36,834 nt of DNA from NCBI GenBank assembly GCA_030606165.1, contig JAUWGZ010000003.1, positions 1 through 36,834 of the forward strand. The letters run 5' to 3'. The notes beneath the pieces were generated by a model. The model saw only the letters and a list, made by a program, of their open reading frames with translations. It was not told where the DNA came from and searched no databases. The DNA comes from Dehalococcoidia bacterium (GTDB taxonomy: Bacteria > Chloroflexota > Dehalococcoidia > GIF9 > AB-539-J10). Of the stretch, positions 16,894 to 25,580 are shown in pieces (positions within the stretch are counted from its first letter, which is position 1; each line of letters starts with the position of its first letter). The translations under genes were made by a program, and so were the position numbers.

Positions 16894-16952
16894 ACGCCGA
16901 GTGACTCGTTTCTTTACATAGTTAGAGAGACAGTAAATTTTCAGCATTGGTG

Positions 16953-16986
16953 AAAAAGGCTACCCGGAAATTCGGGTAGCCTTTTT
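16953..16986. terminator. Bidirectional intrinsic terminator
   Basis: AAAAAGGCTACCCG-GAAATT-CGGGTAGCCTTTTT, a perfect 14-bp inverted repeat. Confidence 0.88.
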
Positions 16987-16989
16987 ACT

Positions 16990-17006
16990 TTGGCAAGAAA
17001 ATTGCG
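16990..17006 (+). promoter_or_regulatory. Sigma54 (-24/-12) promoter
   Basis: TTGGCAAGAAAATTGCG: GG (16992-93) and GC (17004-05) are separated by exactly 10 nt; lies directly after the terminator and before the next gene's SD. Confidence 0.75.
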
Positions 17007-17031
17007 ACACCAAAGGGTGAAGGAGATAAAA

Positions 17032-18108
17032 ATGAATAAACAAACAATGCCAGCAAAACAACAAAAGGAGGTGAAAGAAATGAAACCAGTGTTAATCGTT
17101 GAAGACGAAACCATCATGCGGGAGTCGCTCCGAGACTGGCTTAAGGAGGAAGGCTATGAAGTGGACACTGCTGAGTCGGGTGAAGAGGCGCTGCAGAAGA
17201 TCGGAGAAAAGGAATTTGGTGTTGCCGTGCTCGACCTAAAGCTGCCGGGGAAAAATGGGCTCGAGGTGTTAAGAGAGGCTACAGCTCAAAATCCAAAGTT
17301 TAAGGGGGTTATCATTACTGCTTATCCTTCAGTGGAGACGGCAGTGGAGGCGATGAAAATCGGGGCAGTGAGTTACATGGTCAAGCCCTTTGCCCCCGAC
17401 GCCTTGGAGAAAGCGATTGAGGAGGTTCTCGGCCCTGTTCAGGCGGAAGTAAAACCCAAGGAGGGTAAGGTTGAGGAAGCCGCAGCGAAACTCCCGGTAG
17501 TTGAGGAGGCTGAGGTTGAGGAAGCTATAGCAATAACTGAGGAGGAAGTTCCTGCCCACCTGGAGCAAGGCCAGACTTACTTCCAAGCAGGCCACTATAA
17601 GGAGGCACTGAGAGAATTTCAGTCCATTTTACACATCGCTCCAGGACACATAGAAACTCGAGTCTGGGTCCGAAAGGCGAAGGAAGAAATGGTGAAGCCC
17701 AGGGTTGAGGTGCCTGAAGGTGAGGGTGCTGTTGAAGAAGCGGTGAAAATCAACGAGTGTCTCTGGTCAAAGATGGGAGTGGTCTCTTACAGGATCTGCA
17801 CCCGGAATTATGACTGCCTTACCTGCGAGTTTGACCAGACGATGCAGGATAAAATAGCCGCTGGTGAAGCGTCAGAGCTCGACGAGGCTCTGGAGAAGTT
17901 TAAGGAGCTACCGGGACCACAGAGGATTTGCCGTTATGCCCTCAAGGGCGATGTCTCCTATCGGCTTTGCACGCGTTTGTTCCAATGTGCAACCTGCGAA
18001 TTTGGTCAGTTTATGCAGGATGCCCTAGAGCAAAAGATGGCCAAGCTAGCAGCTCGTCGGGAGGCCCTGCGTAAAAAGGAAACAAGCGCTAAAGGCGAGG
18101 TTAGTTAG
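17032..18108 (+). CDS. Response regulator: REC + acidic linker + TPR + two Cys4 repeats, no DNA-binding domain
   Basis: REC (IVEDE, LDLKLP, KPF); TPR-like AHLEQGQTYFQAGHYKEALREFQSILHIAPGH; two Cx12Cx5Cx2C repeats. Start is ATG 17032 or ATG 17080; both have an SD. Confidence 0.85.
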   Translation: MNKQTMPAKQQKEVKEMKPVLIVEDETIMRESLRDWLKEEGYEVDTAESGEEALQKIGEKEFGVAVLDLKLPGKNGLEVLREATAQNPKFKGVIITAYPSVETAVEAMKIGAVSYMVKPFAPDALEKAIEEVLGPVQAEVKPKEGKVEEAAAKLPVVEEAEVEEAIAITEEEVPAHLEQGQTYFQAGHYKEALREFQSILHIAPGHIETRVWVRKAKEEMVKPRVEVPEGEGAVEEAVKINECLWSKMGVVSYRICTRNYDCLTCEFDQTMQDKIAAGEASELDEALEKFKELPGPQRICRYALKGDVSYRLCTRLFQCATCEFGQFMQDALEQKMAKLAARREALRKKETSAKGEVS

Positions 18109-18145
18109 TATTGCGGCAAAATAGCGGTACAGGTCTGACTGGCAT

Positions 18146-18188
18146 AAAGGGGTCAGGTATCTAATAAGGCATCTGACCCCTTTTCTTT
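18146..18188 (+). terminator. Intrinsic terminator
   Basis: AAAGGGGTCAG...CTGACCCCTTT followed by TCTTT. Confidence 0.8.
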
Positions 18189-18342
18189 ACCAGCTAGCGA
18201 CTTGTGGTAGGCCTAGTTTAGCCGAGAAGATGGCCACACAATGTTGGCATCATAAGAAATTCTCTCATCTGCTCCCGAACCCAATTTAAGAAAAGCTCTT
18301 AGAAAATCACTAACCATTTTGCCAGAAGGCTAGCACAGAGGT

Positions 18343-18371
18343 TTGTCTTTCTTGCCGGGGTTTGTTATACT
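18343..18371 (+). promoter_or_regulatory. Sigma70-type promoter of the Hdr/Fdh/Nfn operon
   Basis: TTGTCT-N17-TATACT with an extended -10 TGn. Confidence 0.6.
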
Positions 18372-18402
18372 TCGCAGTCGTGCTTCAATCTATATTCCGG
18401 AG

Positions 18403-18446
18403 AAAAAGAGTGGCTGCAACGCTTTTGTAAGGCCACCCTTTTTTGT
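18403..18446 (+). promoter_or_regulatory. Terminator-like leader hairpin (candidate attenuator)
   Basis: AAAAAGAGTGGCTGCAA...TTGTAAGGCCACCCTTTTTTGT, between the promoter and ATG 18480. Confidence 0.5.
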
Positions 18447-18479
18447 AACCAATTCTGAAGAGTCGAGGTAAATATTAAA

Positions 18480-19628
18480 ATGGAAGTGCTAAGTCCTTAC
18501 AAGGAAGCCACAGATGTGATACTCGAGGCTGGTGGCGAACCACTCAAATTGTGTTACCAGTGTGGTCTTTGCACCGGTATTTGTCCCTGGAACCTGGTCC
18601 GAAGTTTTGTCGTTCGCCGCATCATGCATGAAGCTCAGCTTGGGGCAACTGATTTTGGCAGCGAAGATGTCTGGACTTGCGTCACCTGTCGAGCTTGTGT
18701 TCAGCGCTGCCCCCGAGGCGTCGAGATAATAGATGTCATGAGGGCTATGCGCCGAGCCGTAGCTAGCCTGGGCATCGGCGTTGTCCCTGATGCCCTGAGA
18801 ATTTCAGCTAAGAACATCGCTGGCGTAGGTAATCCACTTGGTGAGGCACCAGAAAAGCGAGATGACTGGGCCAAAGAACTTAAGGTGAAAAGTTTTTCCT
18901 CGGGTACTGAAATACTTTATTTCCCTTGCTGTATTCCGTCCTATGATCCTGATGTAAAAACAGTGGCTCGATCTACCGCCACAATCTTCAATAAGCTTGG
19001 GATTAATTATGGCCTTATAGGCACTGAAGCAAAATGCTGCGGTGAGGCAATTAGAAAAGCCGGGTATGAAGATACGTTTCAAAGTCTGGCCCAAAACAAT
19101 ATTAATCTCTTTACCAGTAATGGTGTCAAAACCGTGGTAGTTTCCTCACCGCACTGCTACCACACTTTCAAAAATGAGTATCCCGAGCTCGGAGGCAAAT
19201 TTGAAGTAATTCATATCACCCAATACCTGGCTTCACTTATCGAGCAGGGGAAATTGAAGCTCTCTAAAAAGATAAACAAAAAGGTAATCTATTCCGACCC
19301 CTGCTATTTGGGGAGACACAATGAGGTCTATGACGAGCCAAGGAGAGTTTTGCAAAGCATTCCCGGCCTGGAATTAATAGAATTTCCCGATGCTCGTGAG
19401 GATGCTCTTTGTTGTGGTGGTGGTGGCGGTAGAATCTGGATGGATACGCCGAAAGGGGAAAGGTTCTCTGATATAAGGGTGGAGCAAGCGGTTGAAAGGG
19501 GCGCTGATATTATAGCTCTGGCCTGCCCTTACTGCTTCCTAAACTATAGGGATAGTGTGCTCTCCATGGGCAAGGCAGAGACCATGCAGGTTAAAGATAT
19601 CGCTGAGCTTGTTGCTGAGGCAATGTAA
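18480..19628 (+). CDS. HdrD/GlpC-like Fe-S oxidoreductase (2x[4Fe-4S] + 2 CCG domains)
   Basis: CYQCGLCTGICP, CVTCRACVQRCP, CCGE, SPHC, DPCYLGR, CCGGGGG and ACPYC motifs. Confidence 0.92.
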   Translation: MEVLSPYKEATDVILEAGGEPLKLCYQCGLCTGICPWNLVRSFVVRRIMHEAQLGATDFGSEDVWTCVTCRACVQRCPRGVEIIDVMRAMRRAVASLGIGVVPDALRISAKNIAGVGNPLGEAPEKRDDWAKELKVKSFSSGTEILYFPCCIPSYDPDVKTVARSTATIFNKLGINYGLIGTEAKCCGEAIRKAGYEDTFQSLAQNNINLFTSNGVKTVVVSSPHCYHTFKNEYPELGGKFEVIHITQYLASLIEQGKLKLSKKINKKVIYSDPCYLGRHNEVYDEPRRVLQSIPGLELIEFPDAREDALCCGGGGGRIWMDTPKGERFSDIRVEQAVERGADIIALACPYCFLNYRDSVLSMGKAETMQVKDIAELVAEAM

Positions 19629-19644
19629 TAATGGAGGAATCAAA

Positions 19645-22600
19645 ATGGCAGATGTAAAGATTGGCGTTTACATCTGCCACTGCGGCTTAAACATCGCTGG
19701 CGTAGTGAATGTGGAAGAGGTAGCCAGGTATGCTGGAACTCTACCCAATGTAGTGGTCTCTCGTGACTACAGGTATATGTGTTCTGATCCAGGGCAGGAT
19801 CTCATAAAGAAGGACATCAAAGAGCTAGGGCTCAATCGAGTTGTGGTTGCTTCTTGCTCGCCAAGAATGCATGAGCCTACATTTCGTAAGGCTTGTCAGG
19901 ATGCTGGGCTAAATCCTTATTTGTATGAACATGCTAACATCCGGGAGCACTGCTCCTGGCCCCATGCTACAGAAAAGAAGCGAGCTACAGAGAAAGCCAA
20001 GGATCTTGTGCGTGCTGCAGTAAGGCGTGTTTACTGGCATGAAGCTCTAGAGGTTAAGGAGGTTCCAGTTAATCCTAACGTCTTAGTTGTTGGTGGGGGG
20101 ATCGCTGGCATTCAGGCTGCTTTAGATATTGCTGATGGGGGTAAGAAAGTCTATATGGTAGAACGCGACCCATCCATCGGCGGACACATGATCCAGCTCG
20201 ATAGGACCTTCCCCACTTTGGACTGTTCGGAATGCATTCTCACACCAAAAATGACTGACGTTGGTCACCATCCTAATATTGAATTAATGACCTCAAGCGA
20301 AGTGGAGGAGGTTTCAGGCTATATTGGCAATTTCAAGGTCAAAGTGAGAAAGAAGCCTAGATATGTCGACCTTGACAAATGTAACAGCTGTGGAGACTGT
20401 GCTAAGGCATGTCCTGTTGAGGTGCCTGATGAGTTTGAAATGAATTTGCACATGAGAAAGGCAGCGTATCTTCCTCTCCCCCAGGCTGTCCCTGCTGCTT
20501 TTGCCATTGACAAAAGAGGCATCTCATCATGTCGCATTGCTTGCCCAGCTGGGGTCAACGCTCATGGCTATGTCGCCCTTATTTCGCAGGGCAAGTTTAA
20601 GGAGGCTTTGGAGCTAGTTAGACGAACTATGCCATTTGCCGGGGTTCTTGGGCGGGTCTGCACCCACCCCTGTGAGCTAGACTGTGAGCGGGGGAAGCTT
20701 GATGAATCTATTAGCATCCGTGCTTTGAAGCGCTTTGTAGCTGACTATGAGCTGAGGGTGGGTAGAGAAAAGGCAACCCCAATTGAAAGGACGAAAGAAG
20801 ATAAAGTGGCTGTTATTGGCTCTGGGCCTGCTGGGCTTGCCTGTGCTTACGATTTGATAAGAGAAGGTTATGCCATTACCGTTTTCGAGGCCCTCCCTCA
20901 GGCAGGCGGTCTTCTGAGTTATGGTATCCCTGATTATAGATTGCCCAAAGAGGTAGTGGATAACGACATCAGTTACATACAAGAACTAGGGGTGGAAATC
21001 AAGACAAAGACCCCGGTGAAAAATCTTACTGAAATCTTCAATCAAGGATATAAAGCCATTTTCCTGGGCACAGGTGCTGGCGTCAGCCAAAAGATGGGAA
21101 TTCCTGGTGAGGAAACCAAAGGGGTGATCCATTCCCTTGACTTTCTAAGGATGGTGAATTCTGGAGTGGAGATGAAATTGGGGAGCCGGGTGGCGGTTAT
21201 TGGTGGCGGCAACGCAGCTATTGATGCTGCCAGAGCAGCATTACGCCTCGGGGCAAAAGAAGTTGCCATCGTTTATCGTCGTTCTCAAGTTGAAATGCCC
21301 GCTATAAGAACAGAAATTGAGGAAGCCGAGCGAGAAGGAATCAAATTCCACTCCTTGGCTGCTCCAGCTAAAATCCTGTCCAAAGATGGTCAATTATCTG
21401 CAGTGGAATGTATCAGGATGGAATTAGGCGAACCCGACGCTAGTGGTCGCCGACGTCCCGTACCTATCAAGGGTTCGGAGTTCACCATGAATGTCGACAA
21501 TTGCGTAATCGCCATTGGTCAGGCCGTGGATAAAACAATGCTGCCTAAGGAGTTAGACTACACCGGTTGGGGCACACTTGAGGTCGACCCCGTTACTTTA
21601 CAAACAAATATTGATAGTGTTTTCGCTGGCGGCGATTTAGTCTCTGGACCTGCTGATGTTGTTGCCGCGGTTGCTGCTGGCAAGGAAGCAGCTATTTCCA
21701 TCGATCGCTATCTAAGAGGCATTAGCCTGACGGAGGAAAGGCAAATAACGCCGAAAAAAGTAGAGAAGGTATCAACGGAAGGAGTCAAGCCAAAAGCAAG
21801 AGCTGCCATGCCACTACTTCAAATTAGTGAGAGAAAAGGCTCCTTTGCCGAGGTTGAACAAGGCTTTGATGAAAAAACAGCCATTGAGGAGGCTAAGCGT
21901 TGTCTCAATTGTGGCGTGTGTTCGGAATGCTTTGAATGCGTGAAGGTGTGTGAACAGGAAGCGATTAACCACGAAATGAAAGAGGAGACGGTTGAGATAG
22001 AGGTAGGTTCAGCCATTCTGGCTACTGGTTACGATCAGTTTGATCCTAGTGTCATAACCCACTACGGATACAAGAAGTACGATAATGTTCTAACTGGACT
22101 TGAATTTGAGAGGATAACCTGTGCTGGAGGACCAACCCAGGGACAAATTCAACTTAAAGACGGTAGAGAACCAGAAAGTGTAGCCATAGTCCATTGCGTA
22201 GGCAGCCGCGATAAGAATTACCATGAGTATTGCTCCAGAGTGTGCTGCATGTATGGTCTCAAATATGCGGAATTGATAAAAGAATTTACCAAAGCCGAGG
22301 TATATGAATTTTATATTGACATGCGCTGCTTTGGAGAAGCCTATGAGGAATTTTACCAACACGTTTCGGAGATGGGAGTCAATTTCATCAGGGGCAAAGT
22401 TGCCAAAATAACCGACCAAGCTATAACTGAAGAGGAAAAGGGGAAACTGGTTGCTGTGGCTGAGGATACCTTACTGGGGAAGATAGTCCGTGTCCCAGTA
22501 GACATGGTTATCCTCTGTGCTGCCCTGCAAGCTCGGTCTGATGCCAGTGAGGTCGCTAGCCGTTTTACCATAGGTCAAAGAGGCGACAAATTCTTCTTGG

Positions 22601-23010
22601 AAACCCATCCTAAACTTGCTCCGGTAAACACGGCGACAGACGGAGTTTTCATCGCTGGTTGCTGTGAAGCACCAAGGGATATTCCCGATACCGTAGCCCA
22701 GGCATCCGCGGCAGCATCTAAGGCTTTGTCTTTGATAAGCAAAGGGAAGGTCACCACGGAAGCAGCTGTATCCCACGTTGATGAAACAATTTGTCATGGA
22801 TGTGGACGTTGTGAGGAAATTTGCACTTTTCACGCCCCCACAATCATTAGCAAGAATGGAGGCGTGGTTTCCAGTATAAATGAAGCCCTATGTAAAGGAT
22901 GCGGAGCATGTGCTGTTGTCTGTCCCACGGGAGCAATATCCATTAGGCATTTCAATATGCAGGAAATAGAGAGTTTGGTTGATGGCTTATTGGAGGTGTA
23001 CCATGGCTGA
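19645..23010 (+). CDS. hdrA: Large HdrA-like protein (HdrL type) with an inserted GltD/NfnB-like NAD(P)H oxidoreductase module
   Basis: GVYICHCG, ASCSPR, GGGIAG, TFPTLDC, HCVGSR, CSRVCC and a C-terminal ferredoxin; insert ~20520-21915 with GRVCTHPCE, GSGPAG, GGGNAA and FAGGD. Start ATG 19645 with SD GGAGG. Confidence 0.9.
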   Translation: MADVKIGVYICHCGLNIAGVVNVEEVARYAGTLPNVVVSRDYRYMCSDPGQDLIKKDIKELGLNRVVVASCSPRMHEPTFRKACQDAGLNPYLYEHANIREHCSWPHATEKKRATEKAKDLVRAAVRRVYWHEALEVKEVPVNPNVLVVGGGIAGIQAALDIADGGKKVYMVERDPSIGGHMIQLDRTFPTLDCSECILTPKMTDVGHHPNIELMTSSEVEEVSGYIGNFKVKVRKKPRYVDLDKCNSCGDCAKACPVEVPDEFEMNLHMRKAAYLPLPQAVPAAFAIDKRGISSCRIACPAGVNAHGYVALISQGKFKEALELVRRTMPFAGVLGRVCTHPCELDCERGKLDESISIRALKRFVADYELRVGREKATPIERTKEDKVAVIGSGPAGLACAYDLIREGYAITVFEALPQAGGLLSYGIPDYRLPKEVVDNDISYIQELGVEIKTKTPVKNLTEIFNQGYKAIFLGTGAGVSQKMGIPGEETKGVIHSLDFLRMVNSGVEMKLGSRVAVIGGGNAAIDAARAALRLGAKEVAIVYRRSQVEMPAIRTEIEEAEREGIKFHSLAAPAKILSKDGQLSAVECIRMELGEPDASGRRRPVPIKGSEFTMNVDNCVIAIGQAVDKTMLPKELDYTGWGTLEVDPVTLQTNIDSVFAGGDLVSGPADVVAAVAAGKEAAISIDRYLRGISLTEERQITPKKVEKVSTEGVKPKARAAMPLLQISERKGSFAEVEQGFDEKTAIEEAKRCLNCGVCSECFECVKVCEQEAINHEMKEETVEIEVGSAILATGYDQFDPSVITHYGYKKYDNVLTGLEFERITCAGGPTQGQIQLKDGREPESVAIVHCVGSRDKNYHEYCSRVCCMYGLKYAELIKEFTKAEVYEFYIDMRCFGEAYEEFYQHVSEMGVNFIRGKVAKITDQAITEEEKGKLVAVAEDTLLGKIVRVPVDMVILCAALQARSDASEVASRFTIGQRGDKFFLETHPKLAPVNTATDGVFIAGCCEAPRDIPDTVAQASAAASKALSLISKGKVTTEAAVSHVDETICHGCGRCEEICTFHAPTIISKNGGVVSSINEALCKGCGACAVVCPTGAISIRHFNMQEIESLVDGLLEVYHG

Positions 23011-23437
23011 GTTTGAGCCAAAGATTGTTGCTTTTGCCTGTAACTGGTGTACTTATGCTGCAGCCGATTTAGCCGGGACAGCCCGGCTTCAATATCCTCC
23101 CAATGTCTATATTGTGAGGCTGATGTGTAGCGGGATGATAAATGCCGATTATATCTTAAGAGCGTTTGAAAAAGGAGCTGATGGAGTCATAGTCTCTGGT
23201 TGTAAGTACACAGATTGCCATTATATCGATGGCCCGGTAAAGTGCGATGCCATGTTTGCCAAGCTAAAGAGGCTAGTCCATATTCTTGGTTTGGAGGACG
23301 AAAGACTAAGGCGCGAAATGATATCTACTTCCGAGGGAACGGTGTTTGCCAGAGTAGTCAAGGAATTTGTCGATCAACTTAAGAAGCTAGGGCCTTCACC
23401 CTTTTCATCTTTAAGAAAGGAGAAGGTAGCGGTTTGA
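23003..23437 (+). CDS. mvhD: MvhD/FlxD [2Fe-2S] subunit (copy 1)
   Basis: [31 protein letters not shown] and GCKYTDCHY motifs. Confidence 0.92.
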   Translation: MAEFEPKIVAFACNWCTYAAADLAGTARLQYPPNVYIVRLMCSGMINADYILRAFEKGADGVIVSGCKYTDCHYIDGPVKCDAMFAKLKRLVHILGLEDERLRREMISTSEGTVFARVVKEFVDQLKKLGPSPFSSLRKEKVAV

Positions 23438-24582
23438 GTTTAGAGGACATTATTCAAGAAACTAAGACCTATTACTGCCTGGAGTGTGGCAAATGTACTA
23501 GTGTATGTCCTGTCGCCAAATATGATCCAGCCTTCTCTCCGCGGATGATGATTGAAAATGCTCTACTGGGATTTGAGAATGACTTGATCTTCAACCGAGA
23601 ACTTTTCTCCTGCTTAACTTGTTACACTTGTCAGCAGAGATGCCCCTCTGATGTTGATTTTCCTGTTTTCATCCGCAAAGCCCGCGCTATGGCCCAGGAT
23701 AATGGACAGCATGGAATTTGTGCCCACTCGGGGCAACTACAATCTCTGGCACGACTTATGACAAGTCTTGACATTAAGCAAAGAAGATTGGAATGGCTAT
23801 CTGATGAATATCGTACTTCTGATGACTCCGATGTTCTTTTTTGGGTTGGGTGTGCTCCATATTTTGAACCCATCTTTGAGGATATCGAATTCAATGCTCT
23901 GGACATAACCAAGGCCAGCCTCAAGACCTTGAACTTGCTGGGGATCGAGCCCAAGCTGCTTCCTAATGAGAAATGCTGTGGTCATGATGCGCTTTGGACT
24001 GGCGATATAGAGACATTTAAGAAACTAGCCGAGCACAATGCCACCCAAATAAAAGAGGCCGGCGTGAAGAAAATAATATTCTCCTGCCCTGAAGGCTACC
24101 GAACATTCAAGCTGGATTATCCAAATTACGGCTTTGATGTAGGTTGTGAGTTACAACATATCTCTGAATTTCTGGCGGAGAGAATAGAAAAGGATGGGTT
24201 GAAGTTTAATGAAGTGAAAAAAAAGGTGACCTACCAAGATCCATGCAGGTTGGGAAGGCATCTGGGAGTCTATGATGCCCCTCGAAAGATACTTGAATCT
24301 ATTCCCGGCATAGAACTTGTCGAGATGCAATATAGTAGATGGGATTCTATTTGCTGTGGCACCAGTGCTTGGACTAATTGTGACTCGTGCTCCAACATGC
24401 TCCGGGCGGAAAGGTTGTCTGAGGCAACTGCAACCGGGGCTGAGACGCTCATAACCTGTTGTCCCAAATGTCAAACCCATTTTAGATGTGCCATGATAGA
24501 TAAGGGAGAGGAAAAGCGATCAATGCCAAATATTGAGATAATGGATTTGGCAAACCTGGTAGCAAGCGCTATGGGAGACTAA
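23434..24582 (+). CDS. HdrD/GlpC-like Fe-S oxidoreductase (copy 2)
   Basis: [44 protein letters not shown] and CCPKC motifs; TTG start overlaps the mvhD stop. Confidence 0.9.
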   Translation: MSLEDIIQETKTYYCLECGKCTSVCPVAKYDPAFSPRMMIENALLGFENDLIFNRELFSCLTCYTCQQRCPSDVDFPVFIRKARAMAQDNGQHGICAHSGQLQSLARLMTSLDIKQRRLEWLSDEYRTSDDSDVLFWVGCAPYFEPIFEDIEFNALDITKASLKTLNLLGIEPKLLPNEKCCGHDALWTGDIETFKKLAEHNATQIKEAGVKKIIFSCPEGYRTFKLDYPNYGFDVGCELQHISEFLAERIEKDGLKFNEVKKKVTYQDPCRLGRHLGVYDAPRKILESIPGIELVEMQYSRWDSICCGTSAWTNCDSCSNMLRAERLSEATATGAETLITCCPKCQTHFRCAMIDKGEEKRSMPNIEIMDLANLVASAMGD

Positions 24583-24584
24583 TA

Positions 24585-25580
24585 ATGAACGGAGAGAACG
24601 GACGTAAATCGGTATTAGTAATCGGTGGTGGCATCGCTGGAATTCAGTCCTCACTTGACCTGGCCAATATGGGCTTTAAGGTGTATTTGGTGGAAAAGAC
24701 GCCCAGCATCGGGGGGAGGATGTCACAACTAGATAAGACCTTTCCCACTAATGATTGTGCCATGTGTATTCTCGCTCCTAAGATGATAGAGGCAAGCCAG
24801 CATCCTAATATAGAACTTCTGACCTATTCCGAGGTCGAGGGAGTCTCGGGAGAGGTAGGAAATTTCAGGGTCAAGGTTAAGAAGAAGGCGACGTACGTTG
24901 ATTGGGATAAGTGCACCGGCTGCGGGGAATGCTCTCAGATGGAGTTAACTGACACAAAGGAGTTTGAGGGTGAAATTTGGGTTGACAGGATTAGGATAGA
25001 CGAGGCGAGTTGCATCCAGTGTGGTGAATGCGCCCAAGCCTGTGTTGAAGAGAATAAGGAAAAGCATGCGATGACCAACATTGTGCTTGAAAGGCGAAAT
25101 TTCACTGAGCTTCCTCCAGAAGAACGAGAAGGAAGAGAACCTGAAACGTTGGCGCAGCGGATAGCTTTAATGGACGAGAAATCACGGATGGATTTTTGGC
25201 AGAAAGAACTCAGCAGATGCATAAAGTGCTTCGGATGCCGTGATGTTTGCCCTGTATGGATTTATGACAAAACTGAACTAGAAGATCCAGAGTGGATCAC
25301 GCCCGGGGAAATACCTCCTGCTGTTCCTCTCTTTCACATAATAAGGGCTTATCGCGTTGGCGATAACTGCATTAACTGTGGTATGTGCGAAGAGACTTGT
25401 CCTATGAGTATACCTCTGCGTACTATCCAGCAGCTTATGCAGCGTCAACCTCCTGAGTCAATTTTTGAAATCACTCCGGGCTTAGATGCGGAGACGAAAA
25501 AGAAACTCGTGCAAGCAGTGCGCAAGCAACCCAAAGCCGAGAAGAAACAACCTGCAGCCAAGAGGGAGGGAAGGAAATGA
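24585..25580 (+). CDS. Chimera: HdrA/QmoA-like N-terminal FAD segment + ferredoxin motif + FdhB/FlxC-like C-terminal half
   Basis: VIGGGIAG...[16 protein letters not shown]...[15 protein letters not shown], then [11 protein letters not shown], then [20 protein letters not shown]...FHIIRAY...[17 protein letters not shown]. Confidence 0.8.
   Translation: MNGENGRKSVLVIGGGIAGIQSSLDLANMGFKVYLVEKTPSIGGRMSQLDKTFPTNDCAMCILAPKMIEASQHPNIELLTYSEVEGVSGEVGNFRVKVKKKATYVDWDKCTGCGECSQMELTDTKEFEGEIWVDRIRIDEASCIQCGECAQACVEENKEKHAMTNIVLERRNFTELPPEEREGREPETLAQRIALMDEKSRMDFWQKELSRCIKCFGCRDVCPVWIYDKTELEDPEWITPGEIPPAVPLFHIIRAYRVGDNCINCGMCEETCPMSIPLRTIQQLMQRQPPESIFEITPGLDAETKKKLVQAVRKQPKAEKKQPAAKREGRK

Noticed and set aside
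18108-18480. Sigma54 promoter for the hdr operon (several TGGC sites), and likewise before mvhD
   Set aside because: None has GC exactly 10 nt after GG; sigma70-type boxes fit better. Direct sigma54 control of the redox cluster is therefore not supported.
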